From: Lepidodermella squamata
Lineage: Eukaryota > Animalia > Gastrotricha
Assembly: GCA_047495785.1 (NCBI GenBank)
Contig: JBLDXI010000045.1
Coordinates: 682,001 to 746,000, forward strand
Reading direction: 5' to 3'
Length of the DNA: 64,000 nt
The notes below the pieces were generated by a model that ran no database searches, was not told the DNA's origin, and saw nothing but the letters and a program-made list of their open reading frames with translations. Below, in pieces: positions 1 to 13,254 of the stretch. The position numbers and the translations under genes were made by a program. Every line of letters begins with the position of its first letter. Within the stretch, counting starts at the first letter, position 1.

Positions 1-1791
1 AATATCAAGTCGAGCGAATTTTTTAATCTCCTCAGGAGTTAGCTCACTCGGCTCGGTTTTGTTGATGCCAAATTTCTTCAACCGTTGCAACTGGCTTCCA
101 ACAAAAACTCGCTTCCCCTTTGTTGAAGGAACGAGACGGTTAAACAACGCAGTATCACTCTGAGTAGCTTCGTGCAACATCCTGGCTTCAATCGCGGCTG
201 ATAGCAGGTTATTAGCCGCGGAAATCGCGTGGATATCGCCAGTCAAATGCAGGTTGAACTCCTCCATCGGAATAACCTGCGAGTAACCACCTCCAGCAGC
301 GCCGCCTTTAATGCCGAAAGTCGGGCCCATCGACGGCTGGCGGATGCAGGAGAAAGTGTTGCGTTTAACGTGGATACCCATCGCCTGGGAAATACCGATC
401 GTTGTCGTTGATTTACCCTCACCAAGCGGGGTAGGCGTGATACCCGTGACCACGATATATTTACCGAGCGGACGGTCCTTCAACCGATCAAGCACGTCCA
501 AGGTAACCTTCGCCTTGGTTCGGCCGTATAACTCAACCTCAGACGGTAGGAGACCGATTTCGTGCGAAAGTGAGGCAATATCCTTCGGCACATGAGCTTG
601 AGCAATGTCGATGTCGCTCGGTACAGGGTGCTTCATTTTCAGCGACAGCGGGGTGATTGTCCACTGCGCCTCACGCACAGTTTTCGCCCACTTCGCAGCC
701 TGTTCCACGGTGTTACGAAGCAACATAGCGACCGTCATCGGGCCGACGCCGCCCGGTACCGGGGTGATGAAGCCAGCGACTTTGGATGCTGACTCAAAGT
801 GAACATCGCCGCAGAGTCGCTGTCCGGAGGCTTTTGTCGCGTCAGGGATTGAGTTGATACCGCAATCAATGACAACGGCTCCGCTTTTGAGCCAGGAACC
901 TTCGACAAAATTAGCCTTGCCGATTGCGACAACAACGATGTCACCCTGCCGAACCTAAAAGAACAAAAATTGTATAAACAATAAAATTAAAATTTTAAAA
1001 ATTAAATTGAAATTGAAAATGAATTTGAAAAATTTCAAATTTTTTTAAATTTGCGCTTAGGCAAAAATTAAGGAACTCACCACATCGGGCAGGTTATCCG
1101 TCTTGGAGTGGCAGACAGTAACAGTAGCATGGTTCCACTTGAGCAGCTCAGCCATGGGCGTGCCAACGATACGACTCCTGCCAACCACAACCGCCAACTT
1201 GCCCTGAATCGACACACCCGACGATTTGATCAGTTCGAGGCAGCCGCGAGGTGTGCATGGAATAACGCAGCCTCCCATTTCTCCAGTGGCCAAGCAACCA
1301 GCGTTGAGATCAGACAAGCCATCGACATCCTTTTCGGGGCAAATCTTGTTAATAGCGTTATGGCTGTCAATGGTGTTCGTTGAATCAAGCGGCAGTTGCA
1401 CGATAATGCCATGGAAATTCGTGTCATTATTCAATTTCTCGATCAAATTCAACAGCTATAAAAAAATATCGAATTACTCCAAATTACATGTGGTCAAGAA
1501 ACGAACATCAGCTTCAGTGGTTTCTTTCGGAAGTTTGAAATGTTCAGCACGCATACCAGCTTCATTGGCATTTTTAATTTTGGCTCCAATGTAGACTTTC
1601 GAGTCCTCACGATCGCCAACTTGGACAATCGCTAGACCAGGCGTAACACCAAATTTTTCCTTACAATCGGCAACTTTCGTCTTCAAGTCGGCCAAAATCG
1701 AACTAAAACGACGATTTTAATTCATTATAAGACTCAAATTCACAATGGTTAATTACCCAGCCACTTCTTTCCCGTTGATGAGTTTGGCCAT
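1..1791 (-). CDS. MTHFD1: Trifunctional C1-tetrahydrofolate synthase (dehydrogenase/cyclohydrolase + formyl-THF synthetase); 3' end runs off the window
   Basis: Exons 1791-1757, 1702-1507, 1455-1081, 954-1 joined by GT-AG introns. Motifs: [49 protein letters not shown], then FTHFS motifs [17 protein letters not shown] and [22 protein letters not shown]. Confidence 0.96.
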
Positions 1792-2247
1792 TTCTTGAAA
1801 TCGAACAGTGAAAAATCAACGACAAAAACTCTAAAATATTCACGATTACTTGATATAACCCTGGTCGCTGAGAAGCTTGACAGAAATGAAAACATCGGAA
1901 TATTCACCGACTTGAACTTTTTAAGCAACAAACCCTCCACCTCAATGTAAAAGACTTACTTGATTATCAAGCCAAATCGATAATCCGCCGATGTTCAAAT
2001 TTTAAAATCAACCTATAATTCCAAACAGTTCAATGTTTATTTTTGCTTTGTCACAACATAAACACGCATCAAATTCGAATTGCAGCTATAACGCTAGATT
2101 TTTAATTCGCATTTTTGCGAATTTTTGAAGCAGAAACTGACAGCCTTATCATATAGAGCGGGAATAATAAATTGGAATTAGTAACACTTGTTTAGCGTGC
2201 ATAACTGCAGTAAAATACACGGCGATTGAGAGTTCGAAGCCGTGTTT

Positions 2248-3633
2248 TTACACAGGCTTGTAATCCAGCTTGGTCTCGAGGCGCTTGTTATCAGCACACT
2301 TGCGGACACCCTTCATGAGATCCTCCTCAATGATGTAGTCTCGCTCAGCTCGGATGGCAAACATGCCAGCCTCGGTACAAACGTTGCGCAAATCAGCACC
2401 GTTAAAGCCATCAGAGAGCTTAACAACAGCCTCCCAATCTACCGGAAACAACCGAGTTTTCACTTGAAATTCGAAAAATAAACAACTAAATACCGATTTC
2501 ACCGTGCTTGGCAATCGGGCCAGCGTGAATCTTCAAAATCTCCATACGAGCCTGTTCGTTAGGCAGCGCGATTTCTAAATAAAAAAGCCACCTTAATATT
2601 TTAGAATAATAATTTAGATTGTAATACTAACCGATTTTACGATCAAGACGGCCCGGCCGAAGGAGAGCAGGGTCGAGAGTATCCGGGCGGTTGGTTGCCA
2701 TGATGATTTTGACAGCACCCAGGGCGTCAAAACCGTCCATTTGGTTGAGCAACTCCATGAGAGTTCGCTGGATCTCACGATCGGCTGAAGTACCTTCCGA
2801 GAAACGACGACCGCCAATAGCGTCGATTTCGTCCATGAAAATAATGCAAGGCTGGTGATCACGGGCGTAGGCGAACATTTCACGAATCATACGGGCCGAC
2901 TCGCCGATGTACTTGTCAACGATCGCCGATGAGACAACCTTCAAAAAGTTAGCATTGACCTGGCTAGCAACGGCGCGGGCCAGCAGGGTCTTGCCAGTAC
3001 CGGGTGGGCCGAAAAGCAGGACACCCTTAGGCGGGGTGATGCCGACGCGACGGAACAACTCCGGGTTGATCAAAGGCAACTCGATGACTTCACGCAGTTG
3101 GCGAATCTGCTCGCCGAGACCACCAACGGCGTTGTATGAAATATCACCGGGATCTTCGATAGACATGTTGTAGACTAAAGGATCGACCTCACGAGGCAAG
3201 TAGCGCATAATGGTCAGAGTTGTCATGTCCAGGGCAACGCGAGTGCCCTGCTTCAACTTCGTCTTATCCAATGTGCGTCTGCAACCGACGACATAGCGAG
3301 GTCCGTTGGACGTTTTCACGATAACTGCAATCGATTTTTAAGGTGGATTTTAAATTGAAAATTGATATTTTGCTTACATTTGTCTTCAGTGAGCTGCTTG
3401 AGAACATCTCCGACAATTTGACCCACACTTTGCAAGGCCTTCAAATCGTTCTCAGACTTTTCGTATTGCTTATTGACCTCCTTGAGCTCATCGCGCACTA
3501 CAAAAAAGACATAGAAGTTTGAAATTTATAATATCGAACACTTACTTGTCTTCAGCTTGGCCGAAACTTCCTTATGCTCGATGATTTTACGACGGTAATC
3601 CGCCGTAACCTTATCCCGTGGATTTTGAGCCAT
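2248..3633 (-). CDS. PSMC6: 26S proteasome AAA-ATPase subunit Rpt4 (S10B)
   Basis: Exons 3633-3546, 3497-3378, 3324-2632, 2574-2494, 2438-2248. Motifs: [16 protein letters not shown], Walker A GPPGTGKT, Walker [33 protein letters not shown]-terminal KLDYKPV. Confidence 0.97.
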
Positions 3634-3848
3634 TCTATTAATGAATAAAACCTCTATGAAGGGTGATAAAGTTTCAACAAAAATAATCGTAATATTCACT
3701 TTTTAAATCACATAGCATAAATTGTTACAATCAATTATGAAAGCAGTTGACTGGATGAATGAAATTATTGCAGTGGCTCCACATTTTAATCATGAAATAT
3801 AAAAATTGTTGCACGATAATTTATAATATCTAGGACGCATTGGTTATC

Positions 3849-5690
3849 TCAATCAGAATCATCATCGCCGCCCCAAGCGTCATCGTCGCCGTCGGAATTG
3901 TCGTTTCTTTCGATGATAGGAATAACTGCTGAAAGGCGGCTTTCCATCACTGACTGTCTAGGAGCCTGCGGTGGCTTGTTTTCCAAAGGCGTCGGCGGTA
4001 ACGGCGAATTTGTTGATCGTATCGTCGATTGCCGAGGTTGAGGCTCGCCATCACCCTTAGAAGCAGCTGATTCTACATCACAAAATTATCAAAATTTGAC
4101 AATAGTGTGATAGGCAATTCACTCACTTCCTTGGAGGGCCCTTCCACGTTGCTGGATTGCCTTCATTAGGTCACTCATCATATCGCCTGATGTTGATGAT
4201 TGGAAGGCATCGTCGGCGTCGTCGAGTTCCTTTTTCTTCGCTTTCTTGTTTTTCGCAGCTGCCGCTTTTTCGCTAGCACTGACCTTTTTCAGCTTAGCGC
4301 CGTCCTTTCCACCCGCACGTCGGATAGCGTCCATCAGACTTGAGCGCATATCGCCACCGCCAGAAGGTGGGGGCGGAGCGCTTGCGGCTGGTGGTGGAGG
4401 AGGCGGCGGTGGAGCACCTGGGGGACCAGGTGGCATGCCAGCTGGTGGAGGTGGTGGTCTATAATAAAATTTTACATTAGGATTTGAAACTAAAACTCGA
4501 TTTCTCAAGATAATTTCAACTGATTCTCATCCTTTGAAATATTCAGGCTAAAGGTACTTACGGTGGTGGAGGCGGCGGTGGTGGTGGTGGCCTGAAAAAC
4601 AAGAGGCAATTCAAGAAATTTGCGAAAGCAAGATATGATTGAATTTACGGAGGAGGAGGTGGGGGAGGAGCACCGGAAGGTCCACCTGGCATAGGCGGCG
4701 GCGGAATGCCACCACTCGATGGAATCGAAGGAAAGCCAGAAGAAACGGGAACAGTTTGGTCAGGTGTAGGAGCAGGCGAAAGAGGTAAATCTGGCAAGAT
4801 TGCACTGAGGCTGGGAGCAATTCCAGGAGCGGCCCCAGAATACTGCTCGCCAAACGCAAGGCTTTCCAAGCCAGGCAAATTTTCCGGCAGATTAAGCTCA
4901 GGAACATTGTCGAGCTTCGGCACATAACGGAAATCGATCCCGGCGACGCGAATCGTACCAGCCTGGCCGAGGGTTGTCGTGCCGATCGTCTCGCCCGTCA
5001 TTTCCTCAGGCGATTCGCTGTCACGCATTCGAGAACCAGGAGCTTCCAATGGATCTTGCCTGGCATACTTCGAATACACGTTTTGGTCGGTATTGAAAAG
5101 CAGAAGACCGGAAACTGATGTTAGATTAACCGGAACCGGTCCAATACCTTCACCTGTGGCGACATCGTGCGGCTTTCGACTAGGAATAGGCGGTTTCACG
5201 GCGTAAAAATTGACTTTTTCCCGTAAGTTAGCATCAGTAAGCGGTTGATAACGAGCTCCAACTCGAAACTGGGTGGAATGATACGGCTGCTGGCCGGCCG
5301 GGTTTGCGGTTAACCGCGCGTCAGGAAATAACTGAGCAGGCGGCTTCAGCTGGTCATCATTCGGGAAGGAAAAGCTGGCTTTGACCACAGTTGCCTTCTT
5401 TCTGCCTTTCAATTGCGCGATCTTCGCCTCGGCCACCGTTATTCTATCTTGAATCTTCTGGATTTCAGCAGTGGTCTGGTCTGCTTTTTTGACAATGCGA
5501 GAGCAAATCTCACGGGTCAGTTGGTCCAGCTGTGAAAATATCACTAAATCAAACAAATGTATGGGACAGCGTATAAACCAACCTGCTGTAAAGTGTCAGC
5601 TACTTGATGGATCGCATCTTCAGGCCTTAAATCTGCTGATATGTACGCGACCTTTGGTAGGTCAGGTGTCGGATCGCAAATTATTGACAT
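3849..5690 (-). CDS. WASHC1: WASH complex subunit 1 (Arp2/3 nucleation-promoting factor)
   Basis: N-terminal ADLRPEDAIHQVADTLQQ, WAHD segment SVSGLLLFNTDQNVYSKY, poly-Pro region, WH2 RSSLMDAIRRAGG..KLKKV, central GDMMSDLMKAIQQR, acidic tail DDDAWGGDDDSD*. Includes a 30-nt microexon at 4591-4562. Confidence 0.93.
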
Positions 5691-5910
5691 AAGGATCCTA
5701 AAATGAAAAAAAATTCGAAATGTTTAAAAGGCAACAACAATTCATTCGTAAAAAAGTATACTCGAGATTTGAAGACTAGTGCCGAATTCTAACAACAGCG
5801 CTTGAATAAGTATAAGGTAATAGTAATACATATTAATCAACATTCAAGTTTTGCATATTCAACATTGTTATTATTGAGGCAATTTGAGTGAATTAGGTTA
5901 ATGTCACCGC

Positions 5911-6959
5911 TCATAGAAATTTTCCATGCTCGCCAATCACGTTTTCGGCGGTAAAATAACCGTCCGATTCCATGGGCGGAGCTTTGAATGGCAAGATAAG
6001 CATAATGGCCCATCCAGATGCGCCGAATATAGCCTTGAAATTTCGGAAAAATTTACCATACGTGATGGCGAATGTAAAATCATTCTTCCGCCACTCATGG
6101 ACAGTTTGAGAGCGATACATCAGCAAAATTTGGTAAATCAAAAGAGCTAGACATGTTCCAAACGTGTAAAAGCTTAGTGTATAATGAGCTGCAAAACCGA
6201 ATGAGACGCCTGATTGGCCGAACATATATGATAGCAACGGCAAGATGAAAAAGAACACATTTCCAAGTATCGAATGTTCACTGATTTGGTTGAAATAGGA
6301 AATGTTGTTAACGACGGCTACGAAGCATCCAACTACTCCCCAGAATAACAGCAGAATAAAAAACCGTTGGTTGAAATAGCCGATGCAACATCCTGAAAGG
6401 TAAGATTGTCAATTACAGTTTTTCTTGAATAGGATGGAATTTACCTAGAAACGTGCAATGATGATCCCTCTTCAGAACGCAGACACTAAAAGTTATAAGC
6501 TCTCAATAAACCTTCTAGTATTGCTGTATCATTGCTTACTTGCAACTATCATGACAGTGATAAGCTCGCGGAGGTCGATTACATTGACAAACGTAGCAAT
6601 ATTCCCAGTTAGGCAAGAGTGTTCCTGTGAGCAAAGATGAATAGTAATATTCAAAAATGATAGCTGATGATGAAACCTGGCATGAATTTTCCGCGAATCG
6701 AAGTATTGGTTCCCACAGTTAAATATAAGCACATCATCGCTTCGATGAAAATAATCGTTGTAATGATTATCCAAGTAGCTTTTCCTTCAATACCTGGATA
6801 AAATTAATTATCACCTTGGTACTATAAGCTTCAGAAAAACTCACTGTCTAAGCTCGGAATAACCCACAATATTTGCATTGCGTAAATGCTGAGGATCACC
6901 GCAGTTGTCGCAAAAGCTATCCAGTGACTTTTGAAAGCCATGCTGTTAAACATTTGCAT
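5911..6959 (-). CDS. DHHC palmitoyltransferase (ZDHHC24-like)
   Basis: Spliced reading gives WEYCYVCQCNRPPRAYHCHDSC-NVCVLKRDHHCTFLG-CCIGYFNQRFF, plus TM segments and a QTVHEW (TTxE-like) motif. Several short GT-AG introns. Confidence 0.9.
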
Positions 6960-8101
6960 GTAACCTATAAAAAACAATGGCACAAACATTAAATAGGTAT
7001 ACACATTGCCGTGGATGTCAAGCTGATTTCGGCGAAAGACGGTTAGAGAGAAGAAAGAGGCGAAGAAAGAGGATTCTTCCGACGAACGAAGTCGTTGGCG
7101 CTACTGTATTACACGCTTTCTACTTTCGATACTGGGTACACCGGAGTGAATTTTATTTCGTTATGTGTACAGGTTTCTTTCTTGTCTTTTTGCTCTAAAC
7201 GAAATAAAGAAGATGTAATGTGTAATGTAATGTACTTTCGATCTATGCGCTATTTAATTGACTGCTGGTTGTTTCTATAACAAATGGACAGCCTTTGCGC
7301 CTATTTACTTCGCTAAACCAGTAATGGTCAAACTAGAAGCTTTATCATACGCAATTTACGAATTCAGTTTTATTGCGAGATGAGTGAACTTGTCAATGAA
7401 TGACCGAATAAGCTCGAAAGGCAACGAGTTACAAACGGTCTCATGGCGCTAGCCCTTCGAATATCCCCAAGAATTCTACTTTGACCCGCTACCGGCAAGA
7501 AGTAAGAAGAGCAGTAGCCGCATGAGCCGTATGACAATCTTCCCGAAGTTCAATGTGGATTTAGAATGTTTCAAAGTGATTTGGTAGAAGATTTTCATGC
7601 CAAGTAATATGCTTGTTGGGCCGTTGGGAGATACGGAGCGTTGATCATCGGAGACTTGGCTTAATAACGGTCGGATTCCCGTTTCCCGCTGCCGCTCGAT
7701 CTCCTACAACTTCTGGTTCTGCTGTCATGTCCATCATTCCATTTTTCATAGCGGTCAAAAACTGACCTTCAACAGAACCTTCATCAAATCCGTTGCAAAT
7801 GATTCGGGTATTAAATTTTAGGATAAGAGTGCCTAAATATCTAATAATACGAAAAAATTAGAAAAAATGCGTAATATTCTGAGGTTTTTGGTTTTTGTTC
7901 AAACGGCCGATACGCGCAGACGGAAACCCCTTGCTTTCAAGCTCAACACCTGGCGCGTTGGCGGCACCAGGCTATATTGTCCCAGTCTGTACTTCCTTGT
8001 TCCTTTCGATTGCTGTTAGCTACCCGTTCTGAAAAAAACATCCGATAGCTCTTGGCTGAGATATTTTGATTCAATTTGGTTGAAGGATAACGACCGACTA
8101 T

Positions 8102-9418
8102 ATGGCCAAAGTGAAGGAAACAGTGGCTCTTCTATGTGGTATATTCGAAGAAATGGGGTGCACAAATGTGCCACCTGAACTTTTTCGACGCGCTAAATTT
8201 GATGAAAACGAAGCGGTAAGGTTTTCCATGTTCATGATTTGCGAGCTTGAGGTAAAATTGTATAGGTTAACGATCTGTGGAACCTTTTGTTCGAACTTGT
8301 ATGTTTCCGAAAGTTTGGCGTCGTCAAGCTGGAATCGTCATCTCCGATTTCCACCGGTTGCTTTATCATCTTTATTTTGAAGTTTCATAACGGTTACTTA
8401 TTCAGATCAGCGTGTGAGGATCGTTAAACGCGAACTGTTCGTTCTTGGATTTAAACACGAGTCTTTCATCGCACTTCCACTCGACGTTTCGCGCGGATCG
8501 AGTCGGGAACTTCTTCTGGCCCTCGGATGGTTCCTAAGTTCGTCTGATGTGTTATCAAAGTTTGCACGGCAATGTATCGACTTGGATGCATTGTTCAATT
8601 CAACAGTTGCAAGTAACGTTGAGTGTGATCACACCATCAGCTCTTCAAAGAGTAATTCGCTCTCTGATATGGAGCAAAAGCTACGCGAAGCTCAAATCAT
8701 AAATGGACAATTACTCTCTTTGTTCAAATCTATATCACGCGCCGATCGTGAACGTCTCAAATTGCTGAAGAAACTTGACTGCTTGTCGTCTTCGCCTGAT
8801 ATTTACAAAAATCCCTCCGCTGCTAGAATTGCATAGTTCGTTTTTGATGCACGCTTTTTTTTGATGACTTCAATGAACTTTGTTTTTAGTTCTGGGCAGG
8901 CAGATTTGATTGTCGAAGCCACGAAACTGTTAGAACGAGACAAACGGCGACTAACTCTACTTGTTCACTGGCGTCAACAGGAGCACGTCTTTTGGCAGTG
9001 GCTCGAGTCTGTTATTGACGAGAAGGTTAAATCTCCATACTCGTTTACCACAGAAGAACGGGAGGAGGGCTATCAGCATATAATCGGCAGTGTTTTCAAA
9101 GACATGACTGATTTCCTACTTCGCGCTAGTCGATGTGAGAAAGTACTGCGCGATAGAGTGAGGGGCGTCGCTTCAAGCGACGCTGATTTATTAATCGAAG
9201 CAATCAATCGCGATCTCGAAGAATATGTAAATCCTAAAAAATCGAAGCTTCGAAATCTTACGACTAGTCGGTCTTCCATAGGCCATAAAACTGAACAACA
9301 AAATAACTCTGATCTCGAACTGAAAAAACTGTGTGATAGGCTTGAGGCCGAAGTTAACGTTTCTCAAAAGGAATTTGCACTTCTTCTAAAAGAGATTGCC
9401 GATAGCAGTATACTTTGA
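8102..9418 (+). CDS. TEDC1: Tubulin epsilon and delta complex subunit 1 (C14orf80 family)
   Basis: PELFRRAKFD, GSSRELLLALGWFL and HVFWQWLESVID match recalled TEDC1 motifs. Introns start at 8216, about 8357 and 8836 (TA|gt...ag|T restores the frame across the apparent TAG). Confidence 0.8.
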
Positions 9419-9487
9419 AGTATTTGATAATCAAGCGAATCTTTCTTGAGTAGAATCTGTTAAATTTGAACCTTGATTGGCCACACA

Positions 9488-12400
9488 ATGAACGGCTTGA
9501 CACAGGAAGACGCAAACAGACTACTTGACTTCAACCAGAAACTCGATATTGGCCTGTTGGACAATATCGTGATGTGCATGTACTCTGGACATGGTATCGA
9601 AGTAAGTGAAAAACATTGAAGTTGAAAAGTGAAATATTCCAACTTATTTATTTGTAGCAACAAACGGCCCAGACTGTCCTGACTAGATTTAAGGAGCACC
9701 CTGAGGCTTGGACTCGAGTAGATTCCATTTTGGAGTACGCCGCTAATCAACAAACCAAGTTTTACGCCCTTCAAATTTTGGAAAACGTCATTAAAACGAG
9801 ATGGAAATCACTGCCAAGTGAGCAATGCGAAGGCATCAAGACCTATATCGTCCGACTTATCATTCGCACATCACAAGATCGGTCTTCGTTCGAAAAGGAA
9901 CGAGCTTTTCTCAGCAAGTTGAATATGATTTTAGTCCAGATTTTGAAGCACGAATGGCCGCAAAAGTGGCCAAACTTCATCAGCGAAATCGTCGGCGCCT
10001 CCACAGCAAGCGAGTATCTTTGCCAAAACAACATGATTATTCTGCGTTTACTCAGTGAAGAAGTATTCGACTTTTCCAGCGGGGCGATGACCCAGGCAAA
10101 GGCCAAACATTTGAAAGAGACGATGTGTCAGGAATTTTCGCAGATTTTCCAGTTGTGCCAATCGGTTTTCGAGCGGTCGGCCAACTCGGCGCTGATTCGT
10201 GAAACCCTTCAAACGCTACTGCGCTTTTTAAATTGGATCCCACTTGGCTATGTTTTCGAAACTCGATTGATCCACTCGCTGGTCGAGCGTTTTCTCGCAG
10301 TCGCCCCGTTCAGAAACATAACTTTGCAGTGTTTAACTGAAATTGCTGGAATTCAAGCGCCGCAATATGACACCCAATTTGTGGACCTTTTTCAAATTAT
10401 GATGGTCCAACTTACTACAATGATTCCGCCGACCATCGACATTAAACTCGCTTATCAATTGGGCCAAGACGACGAGCAGAAATTTATTCATAATTTGGCG
10501 CTATTTTTGTCGACGATTTTACGTGAGCATGGAACTTTGATTGAAAAAGCGTCGACTGGTAACCAGTCAGGTCGGACGGGCGGGTCTGGTATCGGTTTCG
10601 CGACCACCCCTCAACTATCGTCACCAGGCTCTTCCGGCAGTTCCGAAACTGCGAATAACCACAAGGCCGCCTTAAATTACCTGGCCGCGATCAGTGAGGT
10701 TGAAGATCAGGAGGTTTTCAAGATTTGCCTCGAGTATTGGGACTGGCTAGCCGCTGAGCTGTACCGGGACAGCCCGCTGCCTTCGCTTCTGCAACCAGCC
10801 GCCCTTTTCGGCCCCCCGACCCGAACTGATACCGCAGTTCAACGCCGTCTTTACTACGGCGATGTGTTGAGCCGAGTTCGCCGCGTTATGATTTCTCGAA
10901 TGGCAAAACCCGAGGAAGTGTTGGTCGTTGAAAACGAGGCCGGTGAAGTTGTGCGTGAGTTCATGAAAGACACGGACGCTATTGAACTGTACAAAAACAT
11001 GCGCGAGACCCTGGTTTACCTCACCCATTTGGACTACCAAGACACTGAAGCGATCATGCTCGAAAAACTACACCGCCAGGTCGATGGCAGCGAGTGGGCC
11101 TGGAAAAACTTGAACTCGCTCTGCTGGGCTGTCGGATCAGTCTCCGGCGCTATGCACGAGGAGGACGAGAAACGATTCTTAGTCACCGTGATCCGAGAAC
11201 TGTTGGGTATGTGCGAGAAAACAAGGGGTAAAGACAACAAGGCGATTGTCGCGTCGAATATTATGTACGTAGTCGGGCAGTATCCGCGTTTTCTGCGGGC
11301 TCATTGGAAATTTTTGAAGACAGTCGTTAATAAGCTGTTCGAATTCATGCACGAGACGCACGAAGGTGTTCAAGACATGGCCTGTGACACTTTCATCAAA
11401 ATCGCGAACAAATGCCGCCGTCAATTCGTTGTCCAGCAGGTTGGTGAGCAGGTTCCGTTCATCGACGAGATCATCTCGAATGTCCCAACAACGGTTTGCG
11501 ACCTCGAGCCGCAGCAAGTTCAGACATTTTTCGAGGCAGTTGGCCTCATGTTGTCGGCAGTCACTGATTCTGGGTACCAGGCGCAGTTGGTTGAACGGGC
11601 GATGGCGCTGCCGAACTCAGTTTTCGATTCAATTATCAGCCAAGCTGTTCAAAACGTCCAAATTCTCACGCAACTCGAGCCTGTTCGTCAACTGGCGAAT
11701 ATTCTTCGAACAAACGCACGCTTCTGCCAAAATCTAGGCGATCCTTACCTGTCGCAACTACGCCGTATTTACATGGACGTGCTTAATGTTTACAAGGTGA
11801 TGTCGGAAAACATCAACGAGGCAGTTCGAACTGGTGGCGAGGCTGCGACAAAGCAGCAGGTCATTCGAGCTATGCGAGCTGTTAAGAAGGATTCGTTGAA
11901 ATTGATCGCGGGTTACGTGTCGAAATGTTCGGATTTGCGCCTCGTTGCCGATCATTTGTTACCGCCCCTCCTCGACGCAGTTCTGTTCGACTATCAACGC
12001 AACATCCCGGCAGCTCGTGAGCCGGAAGTTCTCTCAGCAATGGCGCAGGTCATCTCGCGTTTAGGCACAATTGCAACCCCGCAAGTTCCGCTGATCCTCG
12101 ACGCTGTTTTCGAATGCACGCTGTCGATGATTGACAAAAATTTCGAGGAATTTCCCGAACATCGGACGTGTTTCTTCCAACTGCTGTCAGCTGTTCAATC
12201 GTCCTGCTTCGGCGCTTTGATCGCCCTATCACCCGCTCAGTTTAAGCTTGTTCTTGATGCGGTTATCTGGGCGTGCAAACACGTCATGCGAGACGTGTCT
12301 GAAACCGGTCTTCAAGTCCTATTCGCGTTGATTAAGCAACTGCCGGCGACGGACGACGCGGCGGCGCAGCGTTTCTTCTCGGCGCACTACCTCGACTTGA

Positions 12401-13254
12401 TGCACCACTTGCTGACGATTGTGACTGACTCGTCGCACTCGTACGCATTTTCTTACCACTGCCAGATCATGGCGTTCATGTTCGTGCTGGTCGAGAATGG
12501 CCAGGTTAAGGTGAATTTGGCGGCGCCGCCTAGTGGCATCACGCCCACCGGCGTGACGGCGTACTCGCAGGAGCAAACGGCGACGGCCGAGGCCAATATG
12601 ACCACTGTTCAACAGTTTCTCACCGCAGTTCTTCACTCAGCTTTCCCTCATATCAACTCGTAAGTTATTAAAGCCTTGAGTTTTTTATTCAAATAGAACC
12701 ACATTTTCGGGATCGTTTTACTTGGGAATTTAAAGTTGAAGTCGAGATCAAATAGTTTAGGGTCCATAGTAGCGTGCTAGCCCTCATTCACCATATTCGA
12801 GGGTTGCAACCAGCTAGGGGCAATAGTAAAATTCCACCTTAAAGGATCCCTGTGAAATCTTTGAGTAGGCTATGTCTTGGAAAACTTGAAAAATTTGACG
12901 CAGAGTGACATTTTTCAAATTCATTAACATTTTTATTATCCTTTCTAGCGCTCAATTGGAAGTCTTCATCAAAGGTTTGTTCAGCTTCGATCAAGACATT
13001 GCCGCTTTCAAAGAACACGTTCGCGATTTCTTGGGTAAGTTATCAAAAAAATGAGGTTGAAAAACAATATAAATTGTGTATTGCAAATAGTTCAAATTCG
13101 CGAATTCCGAGGCCAAGACAATTCGGATCTCTACCTGGAAGAGCGTGAGCAGGCGATTAAGCGGGCTCAGGAAGAGAAGCGCCAGCAGCAGTTGCAGGTG
13201 CCGGGCATGCTGAACCCGCACGAAATGCCGGATGGCGGCGATATGAACGACTGA
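9488..13254 (+). CDS. XPO1: Exportin-1 (CRM1)
   Basis: Exons 9488-9601, 9658-12659, 12949-13034, 13091-13254. Motifs: LLDFNQKLDI, RMAKPEEVLVVENE acidic loop, LLGMCEKTRGKDNKAIVASNIMY, KLFEFMHETHEGVQDMACDTF, FKEHVRDFLVQIREF. Confidence 0.98.
12761..12889 (+). ncRNA. Candidate intronic box H/ACA snoRNA in XPO1 intron 2
   Basis: Lies in an unusually long intron (12660-12948). Hairpin 1: lower stem GTCC-A-TAGT/GCTA-G-GGGC, internal pocket, upper stem TAGCCCTC/GAGGGTTG. H box ATAGTA at 12823-12828. Hairpin 2 closed by TTCCA/TGGAA. The terminal box is ACT/AAA rather than ACA. Confidence 0.4.

Noticed and set aside
1747-1760. GGTTAATTACCCAG resembles the start of nematode SL1
   Set aside because: It is the reverse complement of the MTHFD1 exon-1 donor junction, with no following donor or Sm site; coincidence.
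7440-7810. Short minus-strand ORFs with an in-frame TGA (possible readthrough or antizyme-like frameshift)
   Set aside because: No UCC-UGA shift site, no SECIS and no recognisable product; probably promoter or leader sequence.
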